A DNA stretch of 64,000 bases from Planktothrix sp. GU0601_MAG3. Lineage in GTDB: Bacteria; Cyanobacteriota; Cyanobacteriia; Cyanobacteriales; Microcoleaceae. Below are positions 52,257 to 64,000 of the stretch, piece by piece. A program made the translations under genes and the position numbers. Each line of letters starts with the position of its first letter. Position 1 is the stretch's first letter. The notes beneath the pieces were generated by a model that saw only the letters and a program-made list of their open reading frames with translations, did not search any database and was not told the origin of the DNA. The DNA is taken from positions 3,700,578 through 3,764,577 of the forward strand of contig CP136572.1 of assembly GCA_035193785.1 (NCBI GenBank). The letters run 5' to 3'.

Positions 52257-54942
52257 TTACACCGTTATCACGACATTGGAGAAGTAAGATGTGAATTCAT
52301 TGTAAGAAAGATCAATGAATCCATCGAATCCATCCTGATCACCATCTGTTGTTACATACTGATTAGTTGCGACATTATATCCGTCAAAACCCCAGGGATT
52401 ACGAACAATAATTCGTTGTTCACCTGATGAATCAACGTAAGCATTGGTTACAGAATAAGCATGGGTTCCTCTTGAAGAACCGGAAATCAAAGAGCTTGAG
52501 TTTTTCTCAGCTTCTGTATTACTACCTACAGCAACAAACTTGCCATTATTTAACGCTGATTGTATTTGATCAAAAGGTGTTGAAGATACTGGGGATGGGG
52601 GATTGTTAACAGAAAGTCCCGTAATTCTAGGAAATACTTCCTGCCTCGTTGCCCCGTTACCAATATCGTTATAACCATTACCAGTAGTATTACTCTGACT
52701 ATCTTGATACCACTGTGCATAAGCCTTTTCAACTAATGGTACCCAGATTGCAGCATCCTTGTTACTAGGATCTAATTTACCATCGCTATTAGGATCTAAT
52801 TGACCATCATCAATTTTGGCTCCATAGAGTTTTCCATTTAGGGTCACAACCTGATTATCAACAGTTACATACTCTGGACTACTGCCGTTATAAAAACGAA
52901 TAGTATAGGTGGTGCCATCCCCATTATCCTCAATCATATTTTCAATAACAGAACTAGCACGATTATCAGCATCACTGGTCTGGGAACCAAAGGTTGCTCC
53001 TAAAATAGCTAATGGGGTACAATCACCAATTTTTCCTTGATCAATATGTCCGATTCGAGCCTCTCCATCACTACCATACACGGAATTCTTTACCCGATCT
53101 ACCTGTAAAGGTGCGTATTGCAGAGAAACTGGCTTATCTTTTCCAGTATTATCTTTTTCAGTATACGAAGCAGGAGGTCTTTCCGTTCCTTTAAACCATT
53201 TATCAATTGCAGTAGTAATACTATTATTGGTTTTTACACCTTCAACCACTTTATATGATAGATACCAAGTCGAATCTTTCATGGTAAAGGGTGTGGAATT
53301 GCTAACTCGATCCGTTTCTGTCACCCCTAATTTTCTGTAAGTCTTGTAACTCGTTAGCATCAACAGTACCTCCATCTTGGGCATCGGCAAAAATATCTAA
53401 CATATCTTGTCGGCTTAATTCCCCATCGGATGCTTTATCACGGGAGATTGCTTCTAATTGATCATCGGTGAGAGTTGAGAAAAAGTCCGAGGGTACGGGG
53501 GTTGGTGTTGAAGTTGTTGCAGTTAGGGTATAGTTTCCTGTCGTATTTTCTGCCGAACTGGTGACACGAACAATATACTCAACCCCGGCTTCTGGAGTAA
53601 AGTTGATTTGAGAATCGTCTGTGGGTGGAGAAGCGTTTAAAATATCATCATTTTCGGTAACAACTTGCCCCGTTTGACTATTAATCAGTTGCAGATAGGT
53701 GTCAAAATTATCGGAGTTTAAGTTAATCGCAACTTCTTCACCGGAAGGAAGATTGGTTAAACGGAAATCTTCACTAAAGCTACGGTTACGCAACGGGTTT
53801 TCTATGTCATCCGTCCCACTCAAATCGGCATTAATGGTTTGATTTAAAGCCAGTTCTCCCACGGGTCGCTGTGAGGTAGAAGTGGTGAGGGTATAGTTGC
53901 CACTCTGTCCATTTTCACTGACTACAACAATGTCATATTGTTGACCGAGTTGTGCCTTGAATGATAGTTCTGAATTGCTATCGGTACTACTGATATCGCT
54001 ATTTTCAGCAATAACATTTCCTGTCAAACGATCCACAATTTGCAACTTCGGATCAAATCCCGTTGAGTTCAACTGAACTGTTACCGTTTGATTGGCCAGC
54101 ACACCGGATAAGACAAAATTCTCATTAGTTCCGTTTACAAGACTTCCTTCAAGGGTGTCATTCCCAGAAATCCCCTGTAATAGTCCCGTAACAGGTACAG
54201 ATACAGGTGGTGGCATATCTACACCTATCGGTACAGCTGTAGATCGGGGCATTTCTTCAAGTGGGGGTTCTGGGAAATAATTACTGAGTTGTTGTGGTGA
54301 AACTCCCGCAACTTTTGCTAAAACCGTACCGGATTTTTGATTCTTAATTAACGTTCCATCGGAAATTTGTTCTAAAGTAATATCGGCTTTGCTGATTCCA
54401 CCCGCTAAAGCAAAACTATCAGAAGTATTATCAAAATCGGTAATCACATCCGCAGTTGTCGCTGTTACACCTGCATCTTCCGCCAGGGTAAAGACATCTG
54501 CACCATCGCCCCCGGTTAAGGTATCCTGACCTGCACCACCCGTTAAGGTATCGTTACCTAAATCGCCAAAAATCTGATCATTGCCACTATTACCGATAAT
54601 AAAATCATCAGCTTGGCCACCGAAAAGGTTATCGTTGCCTAAACCCCCATCAATACGATCATTGTCTTTATTTCCAAACAGGAGATCATCATCATCTCCC
54701 CCATCAAGGGTATCGTTATTCTGTCCCCCATAGAGGGTATCGGCGCCTCCTTGTCCAAGGATGAGGTCATCTCCTTGATTTCCGTTGATGATTTCTGGAG
54801 AAACTGAACCCGTGATATTATCGTTTCCAGCCAGTCCTAGTAACCCACCAGGGTAGGGGGTTAAAAAATTAGGTTGTAGGGAAAAAGTATTGGACTGGTC
54901 ATCTAAAATGTATAAAGATCCATCATTACTGGGGCCAAACAT
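52257..54942 (-). CDS. RTX-repeat / PPC-domain / calpain-like (C2) cysteine protease (frameshift at 53314)
   Basis: GGxGxDxL nonapeptides, two PPC-like domains (FDPKLQI..AENSD; FDTYLQL..ENDD), EF-hand-like segment, QGKIGDC, HAYSV, RNPWG. Confidence 0.85.
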
Positions 54943-55293
54943 CCTGATCTCCTGGTTGTCTATGGGTGAAATTTATATGAGTCTGATGGCTAGAATCCTG
55001 ACTATATCTGGTTTTTAGCTATTAGTGGCTCAAAGGTAGAGTGCGATCGCTCACAGTTGTTGTAAGACTGTAGCAACTCAACTGTTGATTGCACAGTGAG
55101 AAAAAGTAACAAAAAGTGATAAAAAGTAGCTAATTTTGGCGAGTGCTGCTAGGATGTATACTGAAGCCAATATCACAGAGGCTTTGACTGGAAACCCTAG
55201 GAGTTTGATTTTTAATCACTCGTCCCAACCCGTATTTCCCTTGTGTACTGAATCTGTGGTTGTGTAAAAAACTATTTATCCTATATTATTAAT

Positions 55294-56100
55294 ATGAATA
55301 TTGATGAAGCACTGGCTATCATCGAAACTGTTTTAGACGATGATGAACAGTTGAATGATGTCCAGGAGTTAATCTTTAAGCAATGTTGGCTAGGTCGGGA
55401 ATCTTACGAAGAAATTGCCAAACAGGGAAATTATGATAATGAATATATAAAATCGACGGCGGCGAAATTGTGGAAGCAACTTTCGGAGGTTTTTGGAGAA
55501 AAGGTTAAAAGAAATAATCTAAAATCCGTTTTAAAGCGGCATTTACGAAGGCAAAGTTTAACAATTCATAAAACTAAAATTATTGGAGTTAATGTTAGTG
55601 GGAAAAGTATTAATGAAGGCAGTATAAAAGGAGCTAAAGTCTTTTTGGATTCTTGTTTTAGTGACTCTCATAAATCATTTATAAAAGAAAATAAATCAGA
55701 GCCAAGTGAAATAATAGATAATTCCGAAGAAAAACAATTATCAGAGACTTTAACTCATTTACAGAAAACCGAATATTTTTGGAAAAAGTGGCATTTTCAT
55801 TCCTTAGAACAGGTTAAAATAGCGGAAGCGTTAGATAGAGCGGGGGTGTTATTTTTTCCTAACTCTAAAGCTCAATTACCAAATTTTGGAGATCAACCCT
55901 ATAAACAGGTAGATTTTTTGATCTGTTATAATAGCAAATTAGGTGTTTTAGAGATTCAATATTCTGATACTGAAAAACAGGAACAACGAGATTATTTTTT
56001 ATCAAAACAGGGGATTTTTTTGATTGAATATTGTGATCCAGTTCAATGTTTAGAAGATCCAGATCAGATTGTGCAGGAATTTATAATTAAGTTCATTTAG
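55294..56100 (+). CDS. N-terminal HTH-like domain plus degenerate restriction-endonuclease-like C-terminal domain
   Basis: LNDVQELIF..CW....Y.EIA...Y...YIK.....LWK.LS..FGEKV..NN N-terminus; IAEALDRAGVLFFPN..DFLIC..GVLEI C-terminus. Confidence 0.6.
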   Translation: MNIDEALAIIETVLDDDEQLNDVQELIFKQCWLGRESYEEIAKQGNYDNEYIKSTAAKLWKQLSEVFGEKVKRNNLKSVLKRHLRRQSLTIHKTKIIGVNVSGKSINEGSIKGAKVFLDSCFSDSHKSFIKENKSEPSEIIDNSEEKQLSETLTHLQKTEYFWKKWHFHSLEQVKIAEALDRAGVLFFPNSKAQLPNFGDQPYKQVDFLICYNSKLGVLEIQYSDTEKQEQRDYFLSKQGIFLIEYCDPVQCLEDPDQIVQEFIIKFI

Positions 56101-56227
56101 GATCAAATAGGTATAACCCAGAAACGAGGGAACGAGGGATTTAGAAATGAGAATTACACAGATTAACGCAGATTAAAATCCGTGAAATCCGTGAAATCCT
56201 CTTAAATCCGTGATCCCCATTAATATA

Positions 56228-57113
56228 TTATTTAGCAACTTGAATCGGCCCATCAATACTACCACTAAAAAACTGTTTGACAATCGCACTATCGGTAGTA
56301 AATGCTTCCTGAATTGTTCCTTGCCATTGCACTAAACCTTGATAGAGAAAAACAATCCGATCCGCCGTGCGTCGAATCGTACTATCTTGATGGGTGACAA
56401 TACTATAGGTACTGCAACCTTTTCCACTATGTTGTAAATCCCTAATTAAATCCTCAATAACCGTTGATGCAATCGGATCTAACCCGGCGGTAGGTTTCGT
56501 CATATAAAATCACCTCTGGAGTCTCCCTAGGATTTTCTGGATTGGGCATAATTGCCCGGGCAAAACTCACCCGTTTTCGCATTCCTCCCGATAATTCGGC
56601 GGGATAGCGATCGCCAATATTAGGCAACCCTACCATTTCCAATTTCTCATTAACCAATTCTCTAATTTTTTGAGAAGGTAACTTCGTATGTTGATAGAGT
56701 AAAAAACCAATATTTTCCGTCACCGTTAAAGAATCAAATAAAGCCGCCTGTTGAAATACCATGGCAATTCCAATCGGATCAGTAATATCATCGACCCATC
56801 CTTGCCGTTTTTTTCCTAATATATAAACTTCTCCTTCATCGGGGGGTAAAAGTCCGGCAATAATTCGTAAAATCGTTGATTTTCCCGTTCCTGAAGGGCC
56901 AATAATTCCCAGGGCTTCTCCCCGATAAATCGTTAAATCAACCCGATCCAAAATCATTTGGGAACCAAAGGCTTTACTCACCCCTTTTAATTCAATTAAA
57001 GGTTCTAAAGATTCCGAGTGCTTTGATAAAACCAAGTTATCCTTGAAATCGACGGGTTCAACTTTAATCCTCGGAGTTTTTCCCTTGTCACCGTCTTTGA
57101 TCATTTCGCTCAA
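56228..57113 (-). CDS. MlaF/TGD3-like ABC ATP-binding protein (frameshift at 56494)
   Basis: GPSGTGKS, VFQQAALFDS, ELSGGMRKR, YDEPTAGLDP after correction. Confidence 0.9.
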
Positions 57114-57319
57114 CCCTTCTTATCATTGTAACTTATACCCAATACAGTTGTTAAGCAAACGATTTAATCGTTATCATCATTTTGATCTCCCTCGTTAGGA
57201 AAAATTCAAAACACCGATAGCCCGATGGAATTAACCTCTAGTCCATTATTTACGATCAGCACGACCTCCCTAGTCTAAATTGTCTGTAAAAGCCCGTATA
57301 TCAAAGTAAAACACTATCT

Positions 57320-58703
57320 ATGTCAACTGGTTCGTTCAAACACACCTTCCGCAGAATTATGAAACTCAGACTCCATCTTGGCCTATCGAATTATCGTTCT
57401 CCCCGGATGATTAACCAATGGTTTAAATGGTTATCCCCTGGGTTGTTTATCAAGCGGTGGATGGCGGTTAGCGCCACGGGGGTGTTAGTGGCTAGTTTAG
57501 GGTTGGCGATCTCGACGGGAATGACTCCGATTTATTACATCCTACAACTGCTGAAAAATTTATTAGGATGGATTACCACCGTTGTACCGAATTATATCTC
57601 GGGGCCATTAATGATTGCCTTGGGGGTTGTGCTGGTTTCTTTGGAGTCAAACCCGCAGTCTAAATTCCATTAGTGAAGCCTTTTATCCGGTCGGAGATGA
57701 ACAATTAGTTGATCGTTTGTTGAGTCATCGCCGATTATTACGGGGGCCGAAAATCGTTGGCATTGGGGGCGGAACTGGGTTATCCACTTTATTGCGGGGA
57801 TTAAAAGAATATAGTGCTAATATTACCGCCATTGTTACGGTGGCAGATGATGGAGGATCTTCAGGAAGGTTACGTCGAGAAATGGGAGTATTGCCACCGG
57901 GAGATATTAGGAATTGTATCGCCGCCCTAGCCGATGAAGAACGATTATTAACGGAATTATTTCAATATAGATTTACCGCCGGAGATGGATTAACCGGACA
58001 TAGTTTCGGAAATTTATTCTTAACCGCCATGAGTGAAATTGAAGGGGATTTAGAACAGGCAATTGTCGCTAGTTCCAAGGTATTAGCCATTAGAGGTCAA
58101 GTCCTACCCGCCACCTTAACAGATGTTAATTTATGGGCAAAATTAGCTGATGGTCGTCGAATTCATGGGGAATCTAGTATTACTGAAGCTAAGGGAAAAA
58201 TTTTGACAATTGGTTGTATTCCCCCCAACCCTCCCGCCCTACCGAAAGCAGTACAAGCAATTTTAGAAGCAGATTTGATTATTATTGGCCCGGGTAGTTT
58301 ATATACAAGTGTAATTCCTAATTTATTAGTTCCAGAAATTGCCGCTGCCATTGCTTCTCGAAATGTTCCCCGGATTTATATTTGTAATATTATGACACAA
58401 CCAGGGGAAACCGATGGTTACACCGTTTCCGATCATATTAAAGCCATTGATAAAGCCTGCGGTTATCAATTATTTGATGCGGTGTTAACTCAAGGAACAG
58501 TTCCCCCGGCTAATGCTTTAATTCGATATGCTCAAGAAGACTCTCATCCAGTTATTTTAGATCGAGATTTGGTTAAACAATTGGGTCGAAGGATTGTGAT
58601 GAGTAATGTTATGGACGTTGATCATGATACCGGATATTTACGCCATGATCCCTATCGGTTAGCCCAGGTTTTATTAAGATGGTTTGGCAAAACTAACCAG
58701 TAG
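57320..58703 (+). CDS. YvcK/CofD-like (UPF0052) protein with N-terminal TM segments (frameshift at 57635)
   Basis: [46 protein letters not shown]. Confidence 0.92.
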
Positions 58704-58710
58704 GTTAGAG

Positions 58711-58753
58711 AGTCCTAAAGGACTCACTACAACGTAGTAAGCCCTTTAGGGCT
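58711..58753. repeat. AGCCCTAAAGGGCTTACTAC-type palindromic repeat; copies also at ~13600 and ~51599
   Basis: Near-identical sequence seen at three gene 3' ends. Confidence 0.65.
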
Positions 58754-58783
58754 TAATTCTTTCTAAACTATTCACATAAAATT

Positions 58784-59245
58784 ATGACTCAATTCCATTT
58801 ACCCAACGCCCAAGCTACCCACGAATTAGGTAAACAATTAGGGCGATCGCTCCCTCCCCATAGTATTCTATTATTAGAAGGAAATTTAGGAGCCGGAAAA
58901 ACAACTTTTGTTCAAGGTTTGGCGGCTGGTTTAGACATTTCTGACTCTATTGAAAGTCCGACATTTACTTTAATTAATGAATATCTAAAGGGCAGGATTC
59001 CTCTCTACCATTTAGACTTATATCGATTAGAAGCATCGGAAATCGAACATTTGAATTTAGAACAATATTGGGAAGGAATCGAAGTAGAACCCGGAATTGT
59101 TGCCATTGAATGGGCGGATCGTTTGCCCTATAAACCGGAAAGTTATCTAAAAATAGAATTAACTTATACAGAAAAAGGTGATCGTCTTGCTACTTTATTT
59201 AATGTCGGTCAGGAGAATATTAATCTGGATTTAGATGGGATTTAA
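58784..59245 (+). CDS. tsaE: tRNA threonylcarbamoyladenosine biosynthesis ATPase
   Basis: GNLGAGKTTF, SPTFTL, HLDLYRL, IEWA. Confidence 0.96.
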   Translation: MTQFHLPNAQATHELGKQLGRSLPPHSILLLEGNLGAGKTTFVQGLAAGLDISDSIESPTFTLINEYLKGRIPLYHLDLYRLEASEIEHLNLEQYWEGIEVEPGIVAIEWADRLPYKPESYLKIELTYTEKGDRLATLFNVGQENINLDLDGI

Positions 59246-59365
59246 TTTCTAAATTGGGTATAAATTGGAGGCGATCGCCAAACAAAACAACTTTACAAAA
59301 CCATGGAATTATAGGATAATTTAAACAGACTAATCCCAGTTCAACCCATTTCCCAAAATCCCCCA

Positions 59366-59836
59366 ATGATTCGATCTGCAAAACCCTTACTGTTTCTAAC
59401 TCCTTTCCTTTTTGTGAGTATTTTTTCAGTTTCTGTTAATGTTCACGCCCAAACCAAAAGCAAAATAACCCTGAATATTGATGGGTTCAAAAATAAAAAT
59501 GGACAAATTTGTGCAAGTTTATTTGCGAGTAATAAAGGCTTCCCAGGTAATGGAGACAATGCGATAAAAAGCGGTTGTGTGGGTATTACAGAAGTTCCCG
59601 TAGTTATGAATTTTGATAATTTACAACCGGGTAGTTATGCCATTGCCGTTCTCCATGATGCGAATAATGATAAAATAGCTAACCGAAATGCTTTAGGAAT
59701 TCCCACCGAAGGATTTGGTTTTTCTAAAAATCCCACCATTTTCACCGGGCCACCCAAATTCAATGATGCGGCGGTGGTGGTGGCTGGAGAAAACACGAAG
59801 ATTAATATTAAATTACGGTATTTGTTAGGGGGTTAG
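59366..59836 (+). CDS. DUF2141-like secreted protein
   Basis: Signal peptide; YAIAVLHDAN..LGIPTEGFGFSKN..GPPKF. Confidence 0.85.
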   Translation: MIRSAKPLLFLTPFLFVSIFSVSVNVHAQTKSKITLNIDGFKNKNGQICASLFASNKGFPGNGDNAIKSGCVGITEVPVVMNFDNLQPGSYAIAVLHDANNDKIANRNALGIPTEGFGFSKNPTIFTGPPKFNDAAVVVAGENTKINIKLRYLLGG

Positions 59837-59978
59837 GGTTAATATCCCCCCGCCGAGAATGGGAGGGGATTCCATCTACTTCAACAAATCAACCCTTCGA
59901 CCGTTCGACAGGCTCACGGCTCAGGAGATAATTGTTGAAATTCTGGGTGGGATAAATTTAGCCTTAACTAAAATTATC

Positions 59979-60248
59979 CTAATAGACTTGAATCCAGGCT
60001 TTAACATCATATTCCGTCCAAATCCCATTTTGCCAATAGGGGTCAGACTCAATTAACTGACGCACGGTTGCTTCATCCTCCGCTTCATAAATCCCAAATA
60101 TTTTAGTCACATCCTGAGTCGGGCCAATGGTTAATAAAACTCCCGATTCTTTTTGTTGTTTTAATCGTTCTAAATGTTCCGCCCGATAGGGTTCTCGTTT
60201 CTCCAGAACGTTCTCACAATAGCTTCCGAACATGACATATTTTGGCAT
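59979..60248 (-). CDS. YciI family protein
   Basis: R..HL..L...GP...DPYW. Confidence 0.85.
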   Translation of the reverse strand: MPKYVMFGSYCENVLEKREPYRAEHLERLKQQKESGVLLTIGPTQDVTKIFGIYEAEDEATVRQLIESDPYWQNGIWTEYDVKAWIQVY

Positions 60249-60285
60249 AATTGTTACTGATTGATGGTTGATTGTTGACTAATAT

Positions 60286-62782
60286 CTAACTTCTGAGACT
60301 GACGTTAAATTGTTGCACTAAAGCCTCTCGGACTTTTTGTTGGAAGGGGTCAATATCGGCATCAGTTAAGGTGCGATCGCTCACCCGATAAACCAAACGA
60401 AAAGCCAAACTGCGCTGACCTTCAGGTACATTTTTTCCGCGATATTCGTCGAAAACTTCCACCGATTCTAATAAATTCCCGGCGGCTTTGGTAATACAGC
60501 GTTGAATATCTGATACAGGTATCTCGACGGGGACGAAAAAGGCAATATCTCGATCACTCGCAGGGAAAGCGGAAAAGGGTTTGAACTTCCGAACTAAATT
60601 AGAGGGACGATTCATCCCTTCTAATAATACCGATAACTGAAATTCAAAGGCATAAACTTGATTCGGTAAATCCTGTTTTTGACAGAGTTGCGGATGCAAT
60701 TGTCCGAAAATTCCTAACCGTTTTCCCTGTAACCATAGGGAAGCTGTGCGTCCCGGGTGTAACAATTCTAGGGTAGATTCCGGTTTATATTCAACGGTTA
60801 AATTCAAGCGCTGAAATACCGCTTCTAAAATCCCTTTAGCTTCAAACCAAGTCATCGGTTGCTCTTGACCACTGCGAACCCAACGGCCAAAACTGCGATC
60901 GCCTCCCATAATACCAGCAACGGCATCTTGTTCTTTATATTCATCTCCTTCTTTCCAGAAAATTCGACCGATTTCAAAGCCATTTAACGGCCCATTGCCA
61001 TTTTCTAAATTATAAACAAAGGCATCAATTAATCCGGTTAACATTTCGGTGCGTAAAGCCGAATATTCCACAAACAAAGGATTGTCTAAAACAACTTGAT
61101 TATCCCCTGCTGTTTTAACTAAGGAATAGTGCATTAATTCCGTTAATCCTTCGCCGCGAAAAGCCGCCCGAATTTGTCGCGTTGCTACCTGTTCTAAAGG
61201 TAGATAACCCGATACTCCTTGACTGGGTAAAGTGTCACGGAATTGATCATATCCGTAGAGACGGGCAACTTCTTCGATTAAGTCGATTTCTCGTTCTAAA
61301 TCTCGATAACGATAGGGGGGAACCGTAACTTGCCAAACCACAGAATTATTCTGAGACTCCGTAGGGGCCGGTTCCGTGATATCTTTACTAATTGCCGGAA
61401 TCTCGATGAACCTGCCCCTACATTGACATCCTAAAGCCGTTAGGGTTTTCTCTACTTCTTCGGGTAATAAATAGGGAGATTCGGCTCGTTTTAGTTGTCC
61501 TAAAATAGCATTAATTCTATCTAATCTTAATGTAATTTCAGGGGTCTGAATTTCTATAGGACTGCGATCAATTTCTTGACAAGTTGCATTCCCAGAAGCT
61601 AAATCTTTTAGTAATAAAATAGCCCGCCGACAAGCTAATTCTAATTCCGCCTGATTGACTCCGCGTTCATAACGGATAGATGCCTCACTGCGTAGCCCTT
61701 GTACCCGGGCGGAACGACGAATATTAATCGGGGAAAAAATCGCTGCTTCTAACAATAAATTCTGGGTTTCCGCAAAAACTTCTGTTTCTTCACCTCCCAT
61801 AACTCCAGCTAAAGCCACGGGATAATCATTGGCGGTAATTAACAGATTTTGCCCCTGTAATTTCCGAGTTTGACCATCTAAGGTTTTAATAGATTCATCC
61901 GGTTTAGCAAACCGCACACCCACGGTTAAATCTTGAGAGTTAGTCACCTGTTTGAGCCGATCTAAATCAAAGGCATGAAGCGGTTGTCCCCATTCCAATA
62001 AAATATAATTAGTGACATCTACCACATTATTAATGGGACGCACTCCCGCCGCTTGTAAACGCCGTTGTAACCAATCGGGAGAAGGAGCAATTTTTACCCC
62101 TTTAATAATCGTGCCAATATAGATGGGACAGGCTGTTTTATCAGCAATTTCAATTGCTAAAGATTCCGATCCATCCTGCTGTGTAATTAACAATTCTGGA
62201 GGTTGAGGAATTCTTAAACTAGCCCCGGTTAATGCGGCAATTTCCCGGGCAATTCCCACCATACTTAAGCCATCTGCCCGGTTAGCCGTGGCGGTGACAT
62301 CTAAAATCACATCATCTAACCCTAATAGGGGTCTAATATCACTGCCTAACGCCGGATTTTCCAGGTTAAAACTGTGGATTCCCGCAGATTCTTTTTCTAA
62401 TCCCAATTCAGATAAAGAACAAATCATTCCCTCTGAAGGAACGCCCCGCAATTTCGTTTTTTTCAGGGTTAAATTAATTTTAGGTAAATAGGTTTCCTAG
62501 GGTTGCCACAGCCACCACCATTCCCGCCGCCGCATTGGGTGCTCCACAGACAATATTTAGGGGTTCAGACCCCCCAATATCCACTTGACAAACCCTTAAT
62601 TTATCGGCATTGGGGTGTTGTTCGGCTTGGAGAATTTTTCCTAGGACAACCCCATCGGCCCAGGAACGTAAATCTTCAATATCTTCCACTTCAAACCCCG
62701 CCACCGTCAGGGTTTCTGCCAACTCTTGGGGAGTGATCCCAATATCTACCAGTTCTTGTAACCAATTTAGAGAAATACGCAT
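60286..62782 (-). CDS. pheT: Phenylalanyl-tRNA synthetase beta subunit (frameshift at 62492)
   Basis: [69 protein letters not shown]. Confidence 0.98.
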
Positions 62783-63076
62783 CGTGATTCGCTTTCAATG
62801 TTCCTAATCCATTGTTGCATCAAGTCGGGTGTTAGGTGCTGATTATTAAGGTGTTGAAGCTCAACCACTGAAACTCTAAGGATTTTGTGTTATAATCCCG
62901 GTGTCGATGCCTTTAAATATTGCCACAATCGCAAGATTAATAGAAAACGAATGTTTATGCTCCAAGGATGGCATAGTTGTTAAGCAATAAGTAGAAATAC
63001 AAATCTAATATCGTATCGTCCGTCGTGTGGGTTTTGCAAGTTCCCTGTTCACTGGTAAAAAGCAATCTCAAACATC

Positions 63077-64000
63077 ATGAGCTACTGTGTTAATCCAGCC
63101 TGCCCTCAACCTGAAAATTTAGATGATGCCATCAAGTGCAAGGCTTGTGGTTCAAAATTGCTGCTGAGAAATCGCTATCAGGTGATTCAACCTTTGGGCA
63201 AAGGCGGATTTGGAGCAACATTTCTGGCTGCGGATGTGTCCCTACCCGGAAACCCGAATTGTGTGGTCAAACAACTGCGACCCACGGCGACATCGGCTCG
63301 AATTTTAGAGATGGCAAGGGAGTTATTCCAACGGGAAGCAAAAACCCTGGGTAAAATTGGTGATCATCCTCAGATTCCCCGCCTGATTGATTATTTTATC
63401 GGGGGAAAACAATTTTATCTAGTACAGGAATATGTAGATGGCTATACCTTAAAACAAGAGGTCAAGGAAAATGGGGTTTTTGATGAAGCCCAAGCCAAAA
63501 AATTTCTGCGGGAAATTCTTCCCATATTAGATTATATTCACAGTCAAGAAGTAATTCACCGAGATATTAAACCTGCTAATATTTTACGTCGGCGCATTGA
63601 TCAGAATTTGGTTTTAATTGACTTTGGAGCCGTTAAAGATCAGGTTAACCAAGCTACAATGATGGGAACTGGACAGACGGCTTTTACTAATTTTGCCATA
63701 GGCACATCGGGGTTTGCTCCCCCCGAACAGATGGCTTTGCGTCCAGTTTATGCCAGTGATATTTATGCGGTGGGAATGACCTGCGTTTATTTGATGACGG
63801 GAAAGTCTCCTAATTCCTTTGAAAGTAATCAAATTACGGGGGAAATTATATGGCAACCCCATCTGGATGTGAGTGATTTTTTTTGCAGTGTATTGCAACG
63901 AATGTTAGAATTTTTGGTGCAGTATCGCTATCAATCAGCGCAAGATGTTTTACGAGCATTAGATTCTGAATTTAGTTATGGCGGTCTTTCCGAAGGAATG
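63077..64000 (+). CDS. Ser/Thr protein kinase with N-terminal 4-Cys motif (runs off window)
   Basis: Open frame from ATG 63077: MSYCVNPAC...CKACG, LGKGGFG, VVKQL, IHRDIKPAN, LIDFG, GFAPPEQ, SDIYAVG. Confidence 0.93.
   Translation, partial: MSYCVNPACPQPENLDDAIKCKACGSKLLLRNRYQVIQPLGKGGFGATFLAADVSLPGNPNCVVKQLRPTATSARILEMARELFQREAKTLGKIGDHPQIPRLIDYFIGGKQFYLVQEYVDGYTLKQEVKENGVFDEAQAKKFLREILPILDYIHSQEVIHRDIKPANILRRRIDQNLVLIDFGAVKDQVNQATMMGTGQTAFTNFAIGTSGFAPPEQMALRPVYASDIYAVGMTCVYLMTGKSPNSFESNQITGEIIWQPHLDVSDFFCSVLQRMLEFLVQYRYQSAQDVLRALDSEFSYGGLSEGM

Noticed and set aside
63136..63898. ORFs 63136-63354 and 63614-63898
   Set aside because: Alternate-frame and antisense shadows of the Ser/Thr kinase that runs off the window

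Overview
Chromosomal window from a filamentous cyanobacterium (Oscillatoriales, Planktothrix-like; inferred from the 16S rRNA, frequent HIP1 GCGATCGC sites, heptamer tandem repeats and split rpoC1/rpoC2). It is mostly housekeeping genes: 16S rRNA, dxr, coaX, tRNA-Leu(CAA), a Gld-like ABC operon, nrdAB, hisD, rpsT-tatD-rpoB-rpoC1-rpoC2, sdhA, tsaE and pheT. Four things stand out. (1) A non-autonomous IS200/IS605 element (20580-24465) whose intact-looking tnpB, and the region expected to encode its omega/reRNA, is split by a complete group II intron with matching EBS/IBS pairings. (2) An in-frame ~245-aa insertion in RpoC2, made of a duplicated SBHM repeat carrying a ~190-aa hydrophobic helical domain. 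(3) A group I intron with a GIY-YIG homing endonuclease in nrdB. (4) All 22 frameshifts I could resolve are repaired by deleting one base from GAAAC/GTTTC. They are probably sequencing errors at GAAC/GTTC, the known Dnd phosphorothioate motif, not real pseudogenes. All product calls come from motif recognition by eye; no database searches were run.
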